A DNA stretch of 64,000 nt from an uncultured Alphaproteobacteria bacterium (lineage in GTDB: Bacteria; Pseudomonadota; Alphaproteobacteria; JAPOUT01; G958296285). How positions within the stretch are numbered: the first letter of the stretch is position 1; every line of letters starts with the position of its first letter. A program made the translations under genes and the position numbers. Under the pieces are notes generated by a model that worked only from the letters and a program-made list of their open reading frames with translations, was not told the origin of the DNA and ran no database searches. Where the stretch lies: positions 258,367 through 322,366 of the forward strand of contig OY282459.1 in NCBI GenBank assembly GCA_958296285.1. Reading direction: 5' to 3'. Below are positions 1-10,030 of this stretch, one piece after another.

Positions 1-142
1 AAGGACAAATCGCCGCCAAAAGCCCCTATGGACAGTCCGTCTATTTGGAAAAGGAGGGCGATTCGCGTCATCTAGCCCCGGGGCGCGTCTCTGACGCCCT
101 CATCACCGAAGGATACGCCCACGCGCTCAGAGGACGCGCCGC

Positions 143-1138
143 ATGAAAGAGAGACCCCTCGCCCCTTCCCTCGCGGAGGAGACGGGCGCGCTGATTTTGG
201 ATTTCCCCGATCCCCATCTTTGCGCCGAACTCTCTGGCGATGGCGGGGGGCATCTGAAACTGCTCTCGCGCGCGCTGGACATTAAGATCAGACAGCGCGG
301 GACTCGCCTCGCCCTTCAAGGCGAGAAGGCGGCGCTCGCCGCCGACTGTCTTCAGAAACTCTATGAAAGGCTGAGCTGCGGCGAAGCGCTCTCGGCGGAG
401 GATGTCGCCGCCGCGCTCCGCTTTTCCGAGAATGAGAGAGAGGACGCCGCCCCTGTCATCATCACTTCCGCCAAGCGCATCCGCGCCAGAAGCGCGACCC
501 AAGCGCGCTATATGGAGGCGCTGACGACAAAGAGTCTCAGTTTCGCGCTGGGATCGGCGGGATCGGGCAAGACCTATCTCGCCGCCGCCGCCGCCGTTCA
601 AGCGCTGGAAGAGGGCGAGGTGTCGCGGATCGTTCTGTCGCGTCCCGCGCTGGAGGCGGGGGAGCGTCTGGGCTTCCTGCCCGGCGACATGCGCGAGAAG
701 GTGGATCCCTATTTAAAACCTCTCCATGAAGCGCTCTCCGATCTGATGACGAAGGAAGCCGCCAAGCGCCATATGCGGCTGGGCGCGGTGGAAATCGCGC
801 CTCTCGCCTTCATGCGCGGGCGGACTTTCTCCGAGACTTTCTTCGTGCTGGACGAAGCGCAGAATTGCCGCGCCGAGCAGATGAAGATGGCGCTGACCCG
901 AATCGGATCCGGCTCGCGCATGGCGGTCGCCGGCGATCCCGCCGAGAGCGATCTGCCGAAAGGCGCGCAGGGCGCGCTCGCCCGCGCCGCCAAACTGATG
1001 GCGCGTCATCACGATGTCGCCGTCCTCCGCTTCAGCGAAAAGGACGCGCAGCGCCATCCTTTGGTGCGTGACATTCTCCGCGCCTATCAAGAAGAGGCGA
1101 AAGAGGCGCAAAACACGAAAGGCGAGAAGAGCGCATGA
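143..1138 (+). CDS. phoH: PhoH-like ATPase (YbeZ)
   Basis: Walker A GSAGSGKTYLA, ERLGFLPGD, APLAFMRGRTF and DEAQN motifs; upstream of ybeY-corC. Confidence 0.93.
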   Translation: MKERPLAPSLAEETGALILDFPDPHLCAELSGDGGGHLKLLSRALDIKIRQRGTRLALQGEKAALAADCLQKLYERLSCGEALSAEDVAAALRFSENEREDAAPVIITSAKRIRARSATQARYMEALTTKSLSFALGSAGSGKTYLAAAAAVQALEEGEVSRIVLSRPALEAGERLGFLPGDMREKVDPYLKPLHEALSDLMTKEAAKRHMRLGAVEIAPLAFMRGRTFSETFFVLDEAQNCRAEQMKMALTRIGSGSRMAVAGDPAESDLPKGAQGALARAAKLMARHHDVAVLRFSEKDAQRHPLVRDILRAYQEEAKEAQNTKGEKSA

Positions 1139-1638
1139 GACAAGCCCACGAGAATTCCGCCGCTCTCGCCATCCGCCTTCAGAGGCGCGGGCGGCATTGG
1201 ACGGAAGAGGAGGCGCGGCTGGCGCGTCATGTCGCCGCCGCCGCTTATGCCAAAGTCGGAAAAGAGAGGGCGGAGATGGGATTCCTTCTTGTCGGCGAGA
1301 GTTTGATGCGATCTCTGTCGCGGCGTTTTTTGCGCCAAGACAAGGCGAGCGATGTTTTGGCTTTTCCGCCCGCCCCCGCCCCCGCCGCCCCCGCGCCTCA
1401 CGGGTCTTTCTCTTCTTCGCCGCTCTGGCTGGGCGAAGTCTTCTTGGCTCGCGCGCCCCTTCATCGTGAAGCCGAAAAAAGAGGCGTTCGGTTTGAGGAT
1501 CGCCTCGCCCATCTGACGCTGCACGGCCTCCTTCATCTTTTGGGCTTCGCCCATGACCGCCAAGAGAGCGCCGAAAAAATGGAGTTTTTTGAGCGCGCCA
1601 TTCTTCTTGATTTGGGATATGCCGATCCTTATAGTTAA
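1135..1638 (+). CDS. ybeY: rRNA maturation endoribonuclease YbeY
   Basis: HLTLHGLLHLLGFAH zinc motif, DKASDVLAF; ATGA overlap with phoH. Confidence 0.92.
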   Translation: MRQAHENSAALAIRLQRRGRHWTEEEARLARHVAAAAYAKVGKERAEMGFLLVGESLMRSLSRRFLRQDKASDVLAFPPAPAPAAPAPHGSFSSSPLWLGEVFLARAPLHREAEKRGVRFEDRLAHLTLHGLLHLLGFAHDRQESAEKMEFFERAILLDLGYADPYS

Positions 1639-1657
1639 AAGGCGATGCTGAAGAGTC

Positions 1658-2593
1658 ATGCCTTCCCCATCCGATCCTAAAACCCGGCCGCGGCGAGGCG
1701 GTCTCTTCGCTCGGACGCGCCGATTTTTCGGGAGACGGAAGCGCTCGCCGCGCGAGACGCTGGCGCGGTGGCTCGCCAAGAATTCTCATTTTGACGCCGA
1801 TGAGCGGCGCATTTTGAAAAACGTCCTCTCCCTCGCCGCCCGCCGCGTGGAGGATGTGATGGTCCCCCGCGCCGATATTGTCGCGCTGGAGGAAAAGACG
1901 CCGAAAGAGCGGGCGCTCGCGGCGTTTCTGAAGGCGGGGCATTCGCGTCTGCCTGTCTATCGCAAGAGGCTGGACGAGCCTTTGGGCATCGTCCATGTGA
2001 AAGATTTGCTGGGCGAGGAAAACGGGGTCAAGCGGCCAGGATCGGGGACAACCCTTCAAGAAGATCATCGTTCTGACAATCGGGAAGTTTCGCTTTTGCG
2101 GCGCGTCATGCGTCCTCCGCTTTTCGTTCCGCCCTCCATGGCGGTGCTGACTCTTCTTCGGAAGATGCAGGCGGCGCGGCTTCATCTGGCCCTCGTCATT
2201 GACGAGCATGGCGGCACATGCGGGCTGGTCTCCATTGAGGATTTGGTGGAGGAGATTGTCGGCGAGATTGAGGACGAGCATGATTCGGGAGAGGCGCTCA
2301 CTTTGAAGCGCCGCGCCGGCGGCGTCATAGAGGCGGATGCGCGCTTTCGGATTGACGAGCTGGAGCGAAGGCTGGATTTGTCGCTCCGCGCCGGCAGCGC
2401 GGACGAAGATGTCAGCACGCTGGGCGGGCTTCTCTTCACCCATGCCGGACGGCTTCCGAAAAAAGGGGACATTGTGCGCCATCCGTCTGGCTGGCGGCTG
2501 GAGGTTCAGGACGCCGATCCGCGCCGCGTCAAGCGGGTGCGTCTTCATCCGTCTCGGGGCAGGGCTGAGCGGGATTCGCGCCCAAAGCCCTAG
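1658..2593 (+). CDS. corC: CBS/CorC-HlyC domain Mg/Co transport protein
   Basis: VMVPRADI, GHSRLPVY and DEHGGTCGLVSIEDLVEEIVGEIEDEHD motifs. Confidence 0.88.
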   Translation: MPSPSDPKTRPRRGGLFARTRRFFGRRKRSPRETLARWLAKNSHFDADERRILKNVLSLAARRVEDVMVPRADIVALEEKTPKERALAAFLKAGHSRLPVYRKRLDEPLGIVHVKDLLGEENGVKRPGSGTTLQEDHRSDNREVSLLRRVMRPPLFVPPSMAVLTLLRKMQAARLHLALVIDEHGGTCGLVSIEDLVEEIVGEIEDEHDSGEALTLKRRAGGVIEADARFRIDELERRLDLSLRAGSADEDVSTLGGLLFTHAGRLPKKGDIVRHPSGWRLEVQDADPRRVKRVRLHPSRGRAERDSRPKP

Positions 2594-2620
2594 AGGGGAA
2601 AACGTCTCCTCGTCGGCAAA

Positions 2621-3412
2621 ATGACGGATTGGCCCAAAGAAGGATTCCTCACAAGAGGCAGCGCCGGACGCCGCCTCGCTTGGCGGCGAAGCGCGCCCCC
2701 TCAAGCCGACAAGCCCTCGCTCTTATGGCTGGGCGGCTTCGCCTCCGATATGCAGGGGACGAAAGCCTCGCATCTCGCCCAATGGGCGGAGCAAACGGGA
2801 CAGAGCCTCATCCGCTTTGACTACGGATCCCATGGCGAATCGCCGGGCGATTTCGCCTCCGCCACCCTCGGCGATTGGCGGGACGACATGATGGCCGTCT
2901 TGGACAAGCTCGCCTCAGGACCTCAGATTCTCATCGGCTCCAGCATGGGCGCGTGGCTTGCCCTCCTCGCCGCCCGCGCCAAGCCCGATAAAGTAAAAGC
3001 GCTCTTGCTGATCGCGCCGGCGCCGGACTTCACCGAAAGACTGATCCTGCCCTCTTTGTCAGAGAGCCAAAAAATCGCGCTCCAACAAAAAAGCGCGATC
3101 CATCTCCCTGACGCGCCGGAACCCCTCTCATGGCGCTTCGTCCAAGAGGCGCGCGCCCATTGTCTCCTTGATCAGACGATCCCTCTCTCATGCCCCGTCC
3201 ATATCCTTCACGGCGCGAAAGACCAGACCGTGCCGCTCTCCCATCTCCTCCTGCTCCTCTCCCGATTGGACGCGCCGGACATTCTTTGCCGAATCCTGCG
3301 AGAAGGCGATCACCGCCTCTCCTCGCCGGAGGCGCTCAAGATTTTGCGCGAGACGGCGTCGGCGCTCTCGGACTCTCTCTCCTCCGCCAGCGCCCGCAAG
3401 CCCTCCCGATAG
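2621..3412 (+). CDS. alpha/beta hydrolase (ABHD10-like)
   Basis: GGFASDMQGTKA, GSSMG nucleophile elbow, GDHRLS. Confidence 0.85.
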   Translation: MTDWPKEGFLTRGSAGRRLAWRRSAPPQADKPSLLWLGGFASDMQGTKASHLAQWAEQTGQSLIRFDYGSHGESPGDFASATLGDWRDDMMAVLDKLASGPQILIGSSMGAWLALLAARAKPDKVKALLLIAPAPDFTERLILPSLSESQKIALQQKSAIHLPDAPEPLSWRFVQEARAHCLLDQTIPLSCPVHILHGAKDQTVPLSHLLLLLSRLDAPDILCRILREGDHRLSSPEALKILRETASALSDSLSSASARKPSR

Positions 3413-4305
3413 GTCGGGTAGAGAAGGCGCAGTTTCAACTCTCCGTGAAGACGGCGATTGCGAACGCGCCGATTCTCCCGATAAAAGCGCCGCGCCGCCT
3501 CCGAAATCTCGCCCTGCCGCAGCGTCTCCAACGGGCGAAGGGGCGGCGAAGGGAGACCCAAAAGCCTCGCCCCATAGCGCAGCACTTCGCTGGCAGGGGC
3601 CGGACAGTCGTCGCAGAGATTGTAAATGCGACAGCGCTCTTTGGATGGCGAGAGCGCGGAGGCTTCCAAAGCGCGGGCGATGTCGTCCCGATGAATCCGC
3701 GAGAAAAACTGCCCCGCTTTGTAAATGCGAAGGACGCCCCGCCCGCGCCCGCGCCGCCGCCGCAGCCTTTCCAAAACGCTCCGCCCAGGACCATAAATCC
3801 CGCCAAGACGGAAAATATGAAGAGACGCGCCATCATCCCGAAAAAGCCCGCGCCATGAAGCTTCGGCGCAGGCGCGTCTTTTCGCCGGATCGCTCATCGG
3901 GCGGAGCGCCGAACTTTCCGACACCGCCGCCCCATGCCGATCGCCATAGACGCCGGTCGTGGAAAGATAGCCCGCCCACAAAAGAGCGCCGCCGGCGCGA
4001 GCATCAATGATCTCCCCGCCGTGATGGCGAAGGAGAGGATCGCCTTTATCGTCAGGCGGAATGGAGGAAAGAAGATGGCTTATCTTTCCGCCGCGCAAAA
4101 GTTTGGACAGATTCGGGGAGGGCGCTTTTCCGGTGAAGAGAATGGGGGCGATTCCCAATCGCGCCAAGCGCTCTTTCTTCTCTTGGTCGCGGGCGCTGCC
4201 ATAGACTGTCCAGCCTTGTTGGATCATGCGCCGCGCGAAGGCGCGGGCGCTGTAGCCGGCGCCGCAGCAGAGAAGAACGCTCACGGCTCTGACGCGCCGT
4301 TCCAT
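3310..4305 (-). CDS. NAD-dependent epimerase/atypical SDR (YeeZ-like)
   Basis: GAGYSA, YLSTTGVYGD, RLGGIYGPGR, FSRIHRDDI, YPTYREGL. Confidence 0.85.
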   Translation of the reverse strand: MERRVRAVSVLLCCGAGYSARAFARRMIQQGWTVYGSARDQEKKERLARLGIAPILFTGKAPSPNLSKLLRGGKISHLLSSIPPDDKGDPLLRHHGGEIIDARAGGALLWAGYLSTTGVYGDRHGAAVSESSALRPMSDPAKRRACAEASWRGLFRDDGASLHIFRLGGIYGPGRSVLERLRRRRGRGRGVLRIYKAGQFFSRIHRDDIARALEASALSPSKERCRIYNLCDDCPAPASEVLRYGARLLGLPSPPLRPLETLRQGEISEAARRFYRENRRVRNRRLHGELKLRLLYPTYREGLRALAEERESESADAVSRKILSASGEERR

Positions 4306-5408
4306 TCGGCGAGAATGGCGGGATTCTTCTCGCGCGGCAGATGGCGAGAGCGCGTCTCGTCAAACTCTGACGGCGAGAGAAGCCGCTTCAGCGCCCAAAT
4401 CGCCGAAGCGCGGACAGGCGCGTCAAGCGATGAGAGATGCGGTTTTATCAGAGGAATGAGCGAAGTCTCGCCGCTGTTCGCGGCGGCGATCAGAAGATTG
4501 CGGAGAAGCCGCGCCCATCCGATCCGCTTGACGGCGGAGCGCGCGAAAAGACGGCGAAAGCCTTCCTCGTCCAATGCCAAAAGGCTCGCCAGATTCCGCC
4601 GCTCTTCGGGGAGGGCGCTGTGGAAGGCGGCGTCATGGGCGCGTTTGGCGAATTTGTTCCAAGGGCAGACGGCGAGACAGTCATCGCAGCCATAGACCCG
4701 ATTGCCGATCGCCTCGCGGAATTCTTTCGGAATGACACCATCATATTCTATCGTCAGATAGGAAATGCAGCGCCGCGCATCCAGCTGGAAGGGGGCGGGG
4801 AAGGCGTTGGTCGGGCAGACGTCCAAACAGGCGCGGCATGTGCCGCAGCGATTCTGATGCCGCCTTGAGGGCGGGAGCGCCATGTCCGTCAGAATGCCTC
4901 CCAAAAACAGCCATGAGCCGAAATCTCGCGCGACAAGATTCGTATGTTTCCCCTGCCATCCCAAGCCCGCCGCCTCGGCATAGGGCTTTTCCATGACAGG
5001 CGCGGTGTCGGCGAAGGGGCGGGTTTCGGCGCGATAGCGCTTTTTGACGAAACGCGCCAGCGCTTTCAGTTTGCGCCCCAGCGCGCGATGATAATCCTCG
5101 CCCGAAACATAGACCGAGAAGACGCCCTTCTCTTTGCGGAGAAGTTCAGGCATCGGATTCTTGAGAGGCGCGTAATTGATCCCCAAAAGGAGAACGCTTT
5201 TCACGGACGGCATGATCTCTCGCGGAGAAAGCCGGGCGCGATTTTCCATCCAGCGCATTTCGCCGTGATGGTCTTTCGCCAAGAAACTTTTCAGCCCCGC
5301 CCTCGCCTCTCTGATGGAAGCGCTGTCAGGACGCGCGATGCCAAAAGCCTCAAAGCCCAAAAGATGCGCGCGCTTTTTTATGGCTTCAGCCGCGTCTCCA
5401 GCGATCAC
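4281..5408 (-). CDS. queG: epoxyqueuosine reductase
   Basis: DTAPVMEK, GLGWQGKHTN, CGTCRACLDVCPT, GNRVYGCDDCLAVCPWN. Confidence 0.93.
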   Translation of the reverse strand: MIAGDAAEAIKKRAHLLGFEAFGIARPDSASIREARAGLKSFLAKDHHGEMRWMENRARLSPREIMPSVKSVLLLGINYAPLKNPMPELLRKEKGVFSVYVSGEDYHRALGRKLKALARFVKKRYRAETRPFADTAPVMEKPYAEAAGLGWQGKHTNLVARDFGSWLFLGGILTDMALPPSRRHQNRCGTCRACLDVCPTNAFPAPFQLDARRCISYLTIEYDGVIPKEFREAIGNRVYGCDDCLAVCPWNKFAKRAHDAAFHSALPEERRNLASLLALDEEGFRRLFARSAVKRIGWARLLRNLLIAAANSGETSLIPLIKPHLSSLDAPVRASAIWALKRLLSPSEFDETRSRHLPREKNPAILAEWNGASEP

Positions 5409-6355
5409 AAGGGCGGCTTTCTGTAGCGGCGCAAATAATGGGGCGCGACATCCTCAAGCGGGCGGGGCTTTATCCCCAATCCCTCCAAAGAGCGCTTCTC
5501 GCGCTTGGCGCGGGAACTGACGATATTGTCGCTGCGGAGCGCCTCCACTTGATCCGGCGTCAGCGGCGCGCCCGGCGCATATTGGGCGAAACGCGCCAAG
5601 AGCCGCGCCAACGGAAAAGGCAGAGGCAGCAAGAGGCGATCTCTCTTGATCGTCTTGAGAAGGAAGGTCATCAATTCGCGGAAAGAATAAATCGCCGATC
5701 CCCCCAGCTCATAGATTTTCGCATGGCGCTCCATCCTGCCGCCCTTGGCGTCTTCGGCGATTTTCAAGACCGCCAAAGCCGCATCGTCCGCATAGACCGG
5801 CTGAAAGCGGGTCTCTTCGCCGATGAGAGGGAGGATGGGCGAGAATCTCGCCATGTTCGCGAAACGGTTCAGAAAAGAATCTTCGGGCCCAAAAATGACG
5901 GAGGGGCGCAAAATGGCGGCGTTGGGAAAAACCTCCCTGACGCCGCGCTCGCCCTCCGCCTTGCTTTTGGCATAGAGGCTGGCGCTCTCTGGATCAGCGC
6001 CGATGGCGGAAATGTGAATGAAGGCGGCGGCGTTTTCGGCGGCCGCCGCCCGCGCCAACGCGCGCGCCCCCCGCGCGTGAAGAGACGAGAAGCGCTGTCT
6101 TCCGCTTTCATGGAGAATCCCGACCAAATTAATGACGACGGTCGCGTCTTTGACGAGAGGGAGACAAGTCTCGCGCTTTGCCAGATCGGCGGCGAAAATC
6201 TCTATCTGTCCCGGATCGCCCATCGTCTTGAGGAAGAGTCCGACATTCGGTCGGCGTCCGCAGGCGCGGATTCGCCATCCCGCCCGCGCCAAGCGCCGCG
6301 TGACGTGCCGCCCCAAAAAGCCCCATGCCCCGAAAATTGCCGCGATGGGCGTCAT
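5405..6355 (-). CDS. complex I NDUFA9-family NAD(P)-binding protein
   Basis: FGAWGFLGRH, VINLVGIL, SAIGA, YAKSKAEGE, RPSVIFGPED; ATG 6355 follows an AGGAGG RBS. Confidence 0.87.
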   Translation of the reverse strand: MTPIAAIFGAWGFLGRHVTRRLARAGWRIRACGRRPNVGLFLKTMGDPGQIEIFAADLAKRETCLPLVKDATVVINLVGILHESGRQRFSSLHARGARALARAAAAENAAAFIHISAIGADPESASLYAKSKAEGERGVREVFPNAAILRPSVIFGPEDSFLNRFANMARFSPILPLIGEETRFQPVYADDAALAVLKIAEDAKGGRMERHAKIYELGGSAIYSFRELMTFLLKTIKRDRLLLPLPFPLARLLARFAQYAPGAPLTPDQVEALRSDNIVSSRAKREKRSLEGLGIKPRPLEDVAPHYLRRYRKPPL

Positions 6356-6564
6356 CAATGCCGCTCCTCCTTCTCCGATCATATTAGCCTCAGGAGGCGC
6401 TTATGGAAAAGACGCTGAATCTTCCAAAAAAATCTGTGGATAAGGAGGCGCGGAATTAAGGGGATAAACCCTCTTTCCCGCGCTGCGAGAAGGCTTGCCG
6501 CGATTCTCATTCTGTGCGTCTTTTGCCGAACAGTCCGGGCGCGGCTCCGGGCTAGACTGATCCA

Positions 6565-7758
6565 ATGTCGCGCCATGCCGCCAATATCCCGGAGCCGCTG
6601 CCGCTCGCCCATCCAAACGGGCAGAGCCTCGCGCGCGGCGCGCACGGCATCCTCAACGCCAAAGACATAAAATCCCTCATCGCCCAAAAAGCCGTCCGCG
6701 CCAAGACAGACCTTCAAGAGGATCAAATCCAATCGGCAAGTCTGGACCTCCGATTGGGAAAAGGCGGCTATCGGCTGCGGGCCAGTTTCCTGCCCGGCCC
6801 CCGCGCCAGCGTCCAGCGAAAAGCCGAAAGCCTCGCCCTGCACCAATTTTCTCTGGAAGGCGGCGCCGTCTTGGAGACGGGCTGCGTCTATCTGCTGGAA
6901 ATCGCCGAGAGCCTCGCTCTTCCGAAAAGCCTCTCCGCCCTCGCCAGCCCCAAAAGCTCCACAGGGCGCATAGATCTCTTCGCGCGACTCATCACCGATT
7001 ATGGCGGATATTTTGACCGCGTCCCTTCGGGCTATGAGGGGCCGCTTTATTTGGAAGTCAGCCCCCGAAGTTTCGGCGTCATCGCCAGGCCGGGCGCGCG
7101 CCTCTCGCAGCTGCGCTTCCGAAAAGGACGCCCCGCTTACGACAACCACCGTCTCCAATCCCTCCATAAGCGCGACCAGCTCGTCCAAATCGCCTCGGAG
7201 GGACGAGAGGAATCCGCCGTTCCCCCATGGCAGGACGCGATGCGCGTCCCCCATATAGAGCAGGGGCTGGTCTTGTCGGTGGATCTGCGGGGGCTTCCGC
7301 CGCGAGGGCTGGCAGCCTATCGCGCCAAGCGCCATACGCCCCTCATTGATTTGGACAAGGATCGCGCCCTCGCCATCAACCCTTTCTGGGAAAGTTTGGA
7401 CGCGCCGCCGTCAGGGCGACTCATTCTGGATCCTGACGCCTTCTATATCCTCGCCTCGCGCGAGATCGTCCGCATTCCGCCGACCCACGCCGCCGAAATG
7501 ACGCCCTTTGATCCGCAAATCGGAGAGTTCCGCGTCCATTATGCCGGCTTCTTTGACCCCGGCTTCGGCGCGAACCATGGCGCGCGCGCCGTGCTGGAAG
7601 TCCGAAGCCGCGACATTCCGATCGTCTTGGAGCATGGGCAGGCGGTCGGGCGTCTGATCTTTGAGCGCCTCTTGGAAGCCGCCCCCGCCTATGACGACCG
7701 CAGCGGCGCTCATTATAAAGGACAGGCGCTCGCCCTCTCCAAACATTTCGCCGAATAG
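6565..7758 (+). CDS. dcd: dCTP deaminase (long alphaproteobacterial type)
   Basis: ASLDLRLG, PKSSTGRIDLF, GEFRVHYAGFFDPGFG, LEVRS. Confidence 0.88.
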   Translation: MSRHAANIPEPLPLAHPNGQSLARGAHGILNAKDIKSLIAQKAVRAKTDLQEDQIQSASLDLRLGKGGYRLRASFLPGPRASVQRKAESLALHQFSLEGGAVLETGCVYLLEIAESLALPKSLSALASPKSSTGRIDLFARLITDYGGYFDRVPSGYEGPLYLEVSPRSFGVIARPGARLSQLRFRKGRPAYDNHRLQSLHKRDQLVQIASEGREESAVPPWQDAMRVPHIEQGLVLSVDLRGLPPRGLAAYRAKRHTPLIDLDKDRALAINPFWESLDAPPSGRLILDPDAFYILASREIVRIPPTHAAEMTPFDPQIGEFRVHYAGFFDPGFGANHGARAVLEVRSRDIPIVLEHGQAVGRLIFERLLEAAPAYDDRSGAHYKGQALALSKHFAE

Positions 7759-7788
7759 TCGGAACGCCGCCCGCCGCCCGCCGCCGCG

Positions 7789-8709
7789 TCAAGAGCAGGA
7801 CGCGCCCCCCAGCACGCAAAAGCGCGCGCAATGCGGATGATTCAACGAGATCGGCTTCTGCGATTCCTTCAGACTGCGCCCCATCTCAAAACGCGAATCA
7901 TAGGGGAGAAGCGTGCAGGAGAGGACGACAGGAAAGGGCGACCCCTTCCGCTTCACGACCATGCGGCTGTCGGCGCACATGATCGCTTCGGGCTTGACGC
8001 CCAAAATCTTCCAGCAGCCCTCGGTGATTTCCGGAACATCCGCTGTCTCGTCCATTTCCGGAAAGAGGACAAGCGCCTCTTCCGAAAAGGCGTCAAGCGC
8101 CACCCCCTCCTCACGGAAGAGCGCGGCATAGGATTGTCTGAGCGTCTCCTCCTCCTCGCCCCAGCAAGTCCGCCCCGCCACATGGAGCGCGAAGCCCTCT
8201 CGCGCCAGCCATTTCAAGCCTTTGAGAGTCTCTTGGAAGCCGCCTTCGCCGCGCTCGGCGTCATGGAGCGCCGGCGCATAGTGATCCAAACTGACCCTCA
8301 AAATAAGAGAGTTCCCAAAACGCCGCCGCAGAGAGACCAAGCCCTCCCGCAAGCGCGGGCGCATCATCGGGCGCATCGCGTTTGTCAGAACGAGGGCGCG
8401 GAAGCCTCGCGCCATCGCGTCTTCCAACATTCCCAGAATGTCCGGATTCATGAAAGGCTCGCCGCCGGTGAAGCCCGCCTCCTCCGCCATAGGGCGAAAC
8501 TCTTCCAACTCGTCCAGATAGGCGGCGACTTCGGCGCGGGTGAGATAAAGAAGGCGATCATTCGTGGGGCTGGATTCTATATAACAATGGGCGCAGGCAA
8601 TGTTGCAGAGAGTCCCGGTGTTGAACCACAAAGTTCTCAAGCCCAGCGGCGCGACATGCGCGCGCTTCTCGTTTCGCGCCGTCAGAAGGGGATCGGCAAA
8701 TTTTTTCAT
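7789..8709 (-). CDS. radical SAM protein
   Basis: CNIACAHC motif, FTGGEPF, C-terminal Cys cluster; ATG at 8709. Confidence 0.87.
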   Translation of the reverse strand: MKKFADPLLTARNEKRAHVAPLGLRTLWFNTGTLCNIACAHCYIESSPTNDRLLYLTRAEVAAYLDELEEFRPMAEEAGFTGGEPFMNPDILGMLEDAMARGFRALVLTNAMRPMMRPRLREGLVSLRRRFGNSLILRVSLDHYAPALHDAERGEGGFQETLKGLKWLAREGFALHVAGRTCWGEEEETLRQSYAALFREEGVALDAFSEEALVLFPEMDETADVPEITEGCWKILGVKPEAIMCADSRMVVKRKGSPFPVVLSCTLLPYDSRFEMGRSLKESQKPISLNHPHCARFCVLGGASCS

Positions 8710-8723
8710 GGCGCCCCCCCCTT

Positions 8724-10028
8724 TCACGAAAAGAGTCGGACAGTGAACCAATAAGCGCCCAGCCCCCCTAAAGCGACAGCGACGCCATCTTCGGCGGGGG
8801 CGCGCCAAGCGCCGGCGCGGCTCAGTTTAAACAGCCCCCAGATCGCCAGCGAGAATAAAAGGATCAGCGCGACTTGTCCAATTTCCACCCCCAGATTGAA
8901 GCCGAAAAGCGCCGGCAGGCGGCGCTCAATCGGCAGCCCGAATTCTTGCAGCGCCGAGGCGAAGCCGAAGCCGTGAATGAGTCCGAAAAAAGAGGCGAGC
9001 GCCGAAATCTCAAAAGCGCGATGTTTCGAACCTTCGCGCCGAAGCCCATAAAAGAGCGTGAAGAGAATCAGCCCGCCGAAAAAAGCGAAACTCCCCAAAG
9101 ACGGCAGAAACCAAGAAAGACAGGCGAGCGCTGTCAGAAGAAGGGACAGAAAAGCGAAAAGATACGGAGATTTTTGGCGGCGCTCCATGCTTTCGGCGGC
9201 GGCGAAGAGAATCGTGAAGCCGATCAGCGCCTCTATCAGAGGAATCTTGGCGAGGAGGAGATCGGTCGCGGCAAGCCCCAAAGTGAGGCTGTGTCCCAAT
9301 GTGAAGCCGGTGACGGCGAGGAGCGCCAGGCGCGTCCGGCGGCACAGAAGAAGAAGGGCTAGAAGAAAAGCCAAATGATCCAAGCCCTCCAAAATATGCG
9401 TGATGCCGATCGGAATATAGGTCAGAAAAGCCTCCCAAAAAGACAGGGACTTTCTTTGCGCGGCTTTCTCGTCAAAGGAGACGGTCAGGCTTCGGCGGCT
9501 GTTCGTCAATATCGCCTCGCGCGCGCCAGCAGCCCCTTCAAAATGGAGACGCAGAAAGTGAAGATGAGTCGGAATCTCGTCAAAAAGAATATCGCCCTTG
9601 AGGGCCAGAGGAGGGCTCTCGGCAAAGGGCTTCGGACATTGAAATCGCATGGAAAGGCGAAAGAGATCGCCCCCGCCGCCGCCCCCGCCGAAACCGCCGC
9701 CGCGCCCCGCGCCGGACTCCCATCGGGGCGGCGCGGCCAGAGAGCAGCGCGCCCCCTCCTGCCAAAGACGGAACATGGAAGAAAATCTTTTTAGAAGAAA
9801 ATCTTCGGGGAGGGCGGCCGACCTCTCCGCTAGAACGGGAAACGCCCTCGCAATCTCCATGATCGGCATGGCGATCCGCGCCTCCGCCGCGCCATCTTTA
9901 TGGACAAGCCAGTGGGATGAAGAGCGGCTTAAACTATGGGCTAGCGCGCTTCCATCGGCGAAGAGGGCGAGGGCAAGCAAAGCGGCGGCGAGGACGGGGG
10001 CGGGGGCGAAAATCCCTGTCAGACGCAT
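8724..10028 (-). CDS. HupE/UreJ family membrane protein
   Basis: GITHILEGLDHLAF, TGFTLGHSLTL, FGLIHGFGFA, FNLGVEIGQ. Confidence 0.87.
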   Translation of the reverse strand: MRLTGIFAPAPVLAAALLALALFADGSALAHSLSRSSSHWLVHKDGAAEARIAMPIMEIARAFPVLAERSAALPEDFLLKRFSSMFRLWQEGARCSLAAPPRWESGAGRGGGFGGGGGGGDLFRLSMRFQCPKPFAESPPLALKGDILFDEIPTHLHFLRLHFEGAAGAREAILTNSRRSLTVSFDEKAAQRKSLSFWEAFLTYIPIGITHILEGLDHLAFLLALLLLCRRTRLALLAVTGFTLGHSLTLGLAATDLLLAKIPLIEALIGFTILFAAAESMERRQKSPYLFAFLSLLLTALACLSWFLPSLGSFAFFGGLILFTLFYGLRREGSKHRAFEISALASFFGLIHGFGFASALQEFGLPIERRLPALFGFNLGVEIGQVALILLFSLAIWGLFKLSRAGAWRAPAEDGVAVALGGLGAYWFTVRLFS

Positions 10029-10030
10029 CC

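Noticed and set aside
6565..7758. dcd as the deaminase causing the skew
   Set aside because: Dcd acts on free dCTP and is a normal housekeeping gene. It cannot explain a position-specific strand bias.
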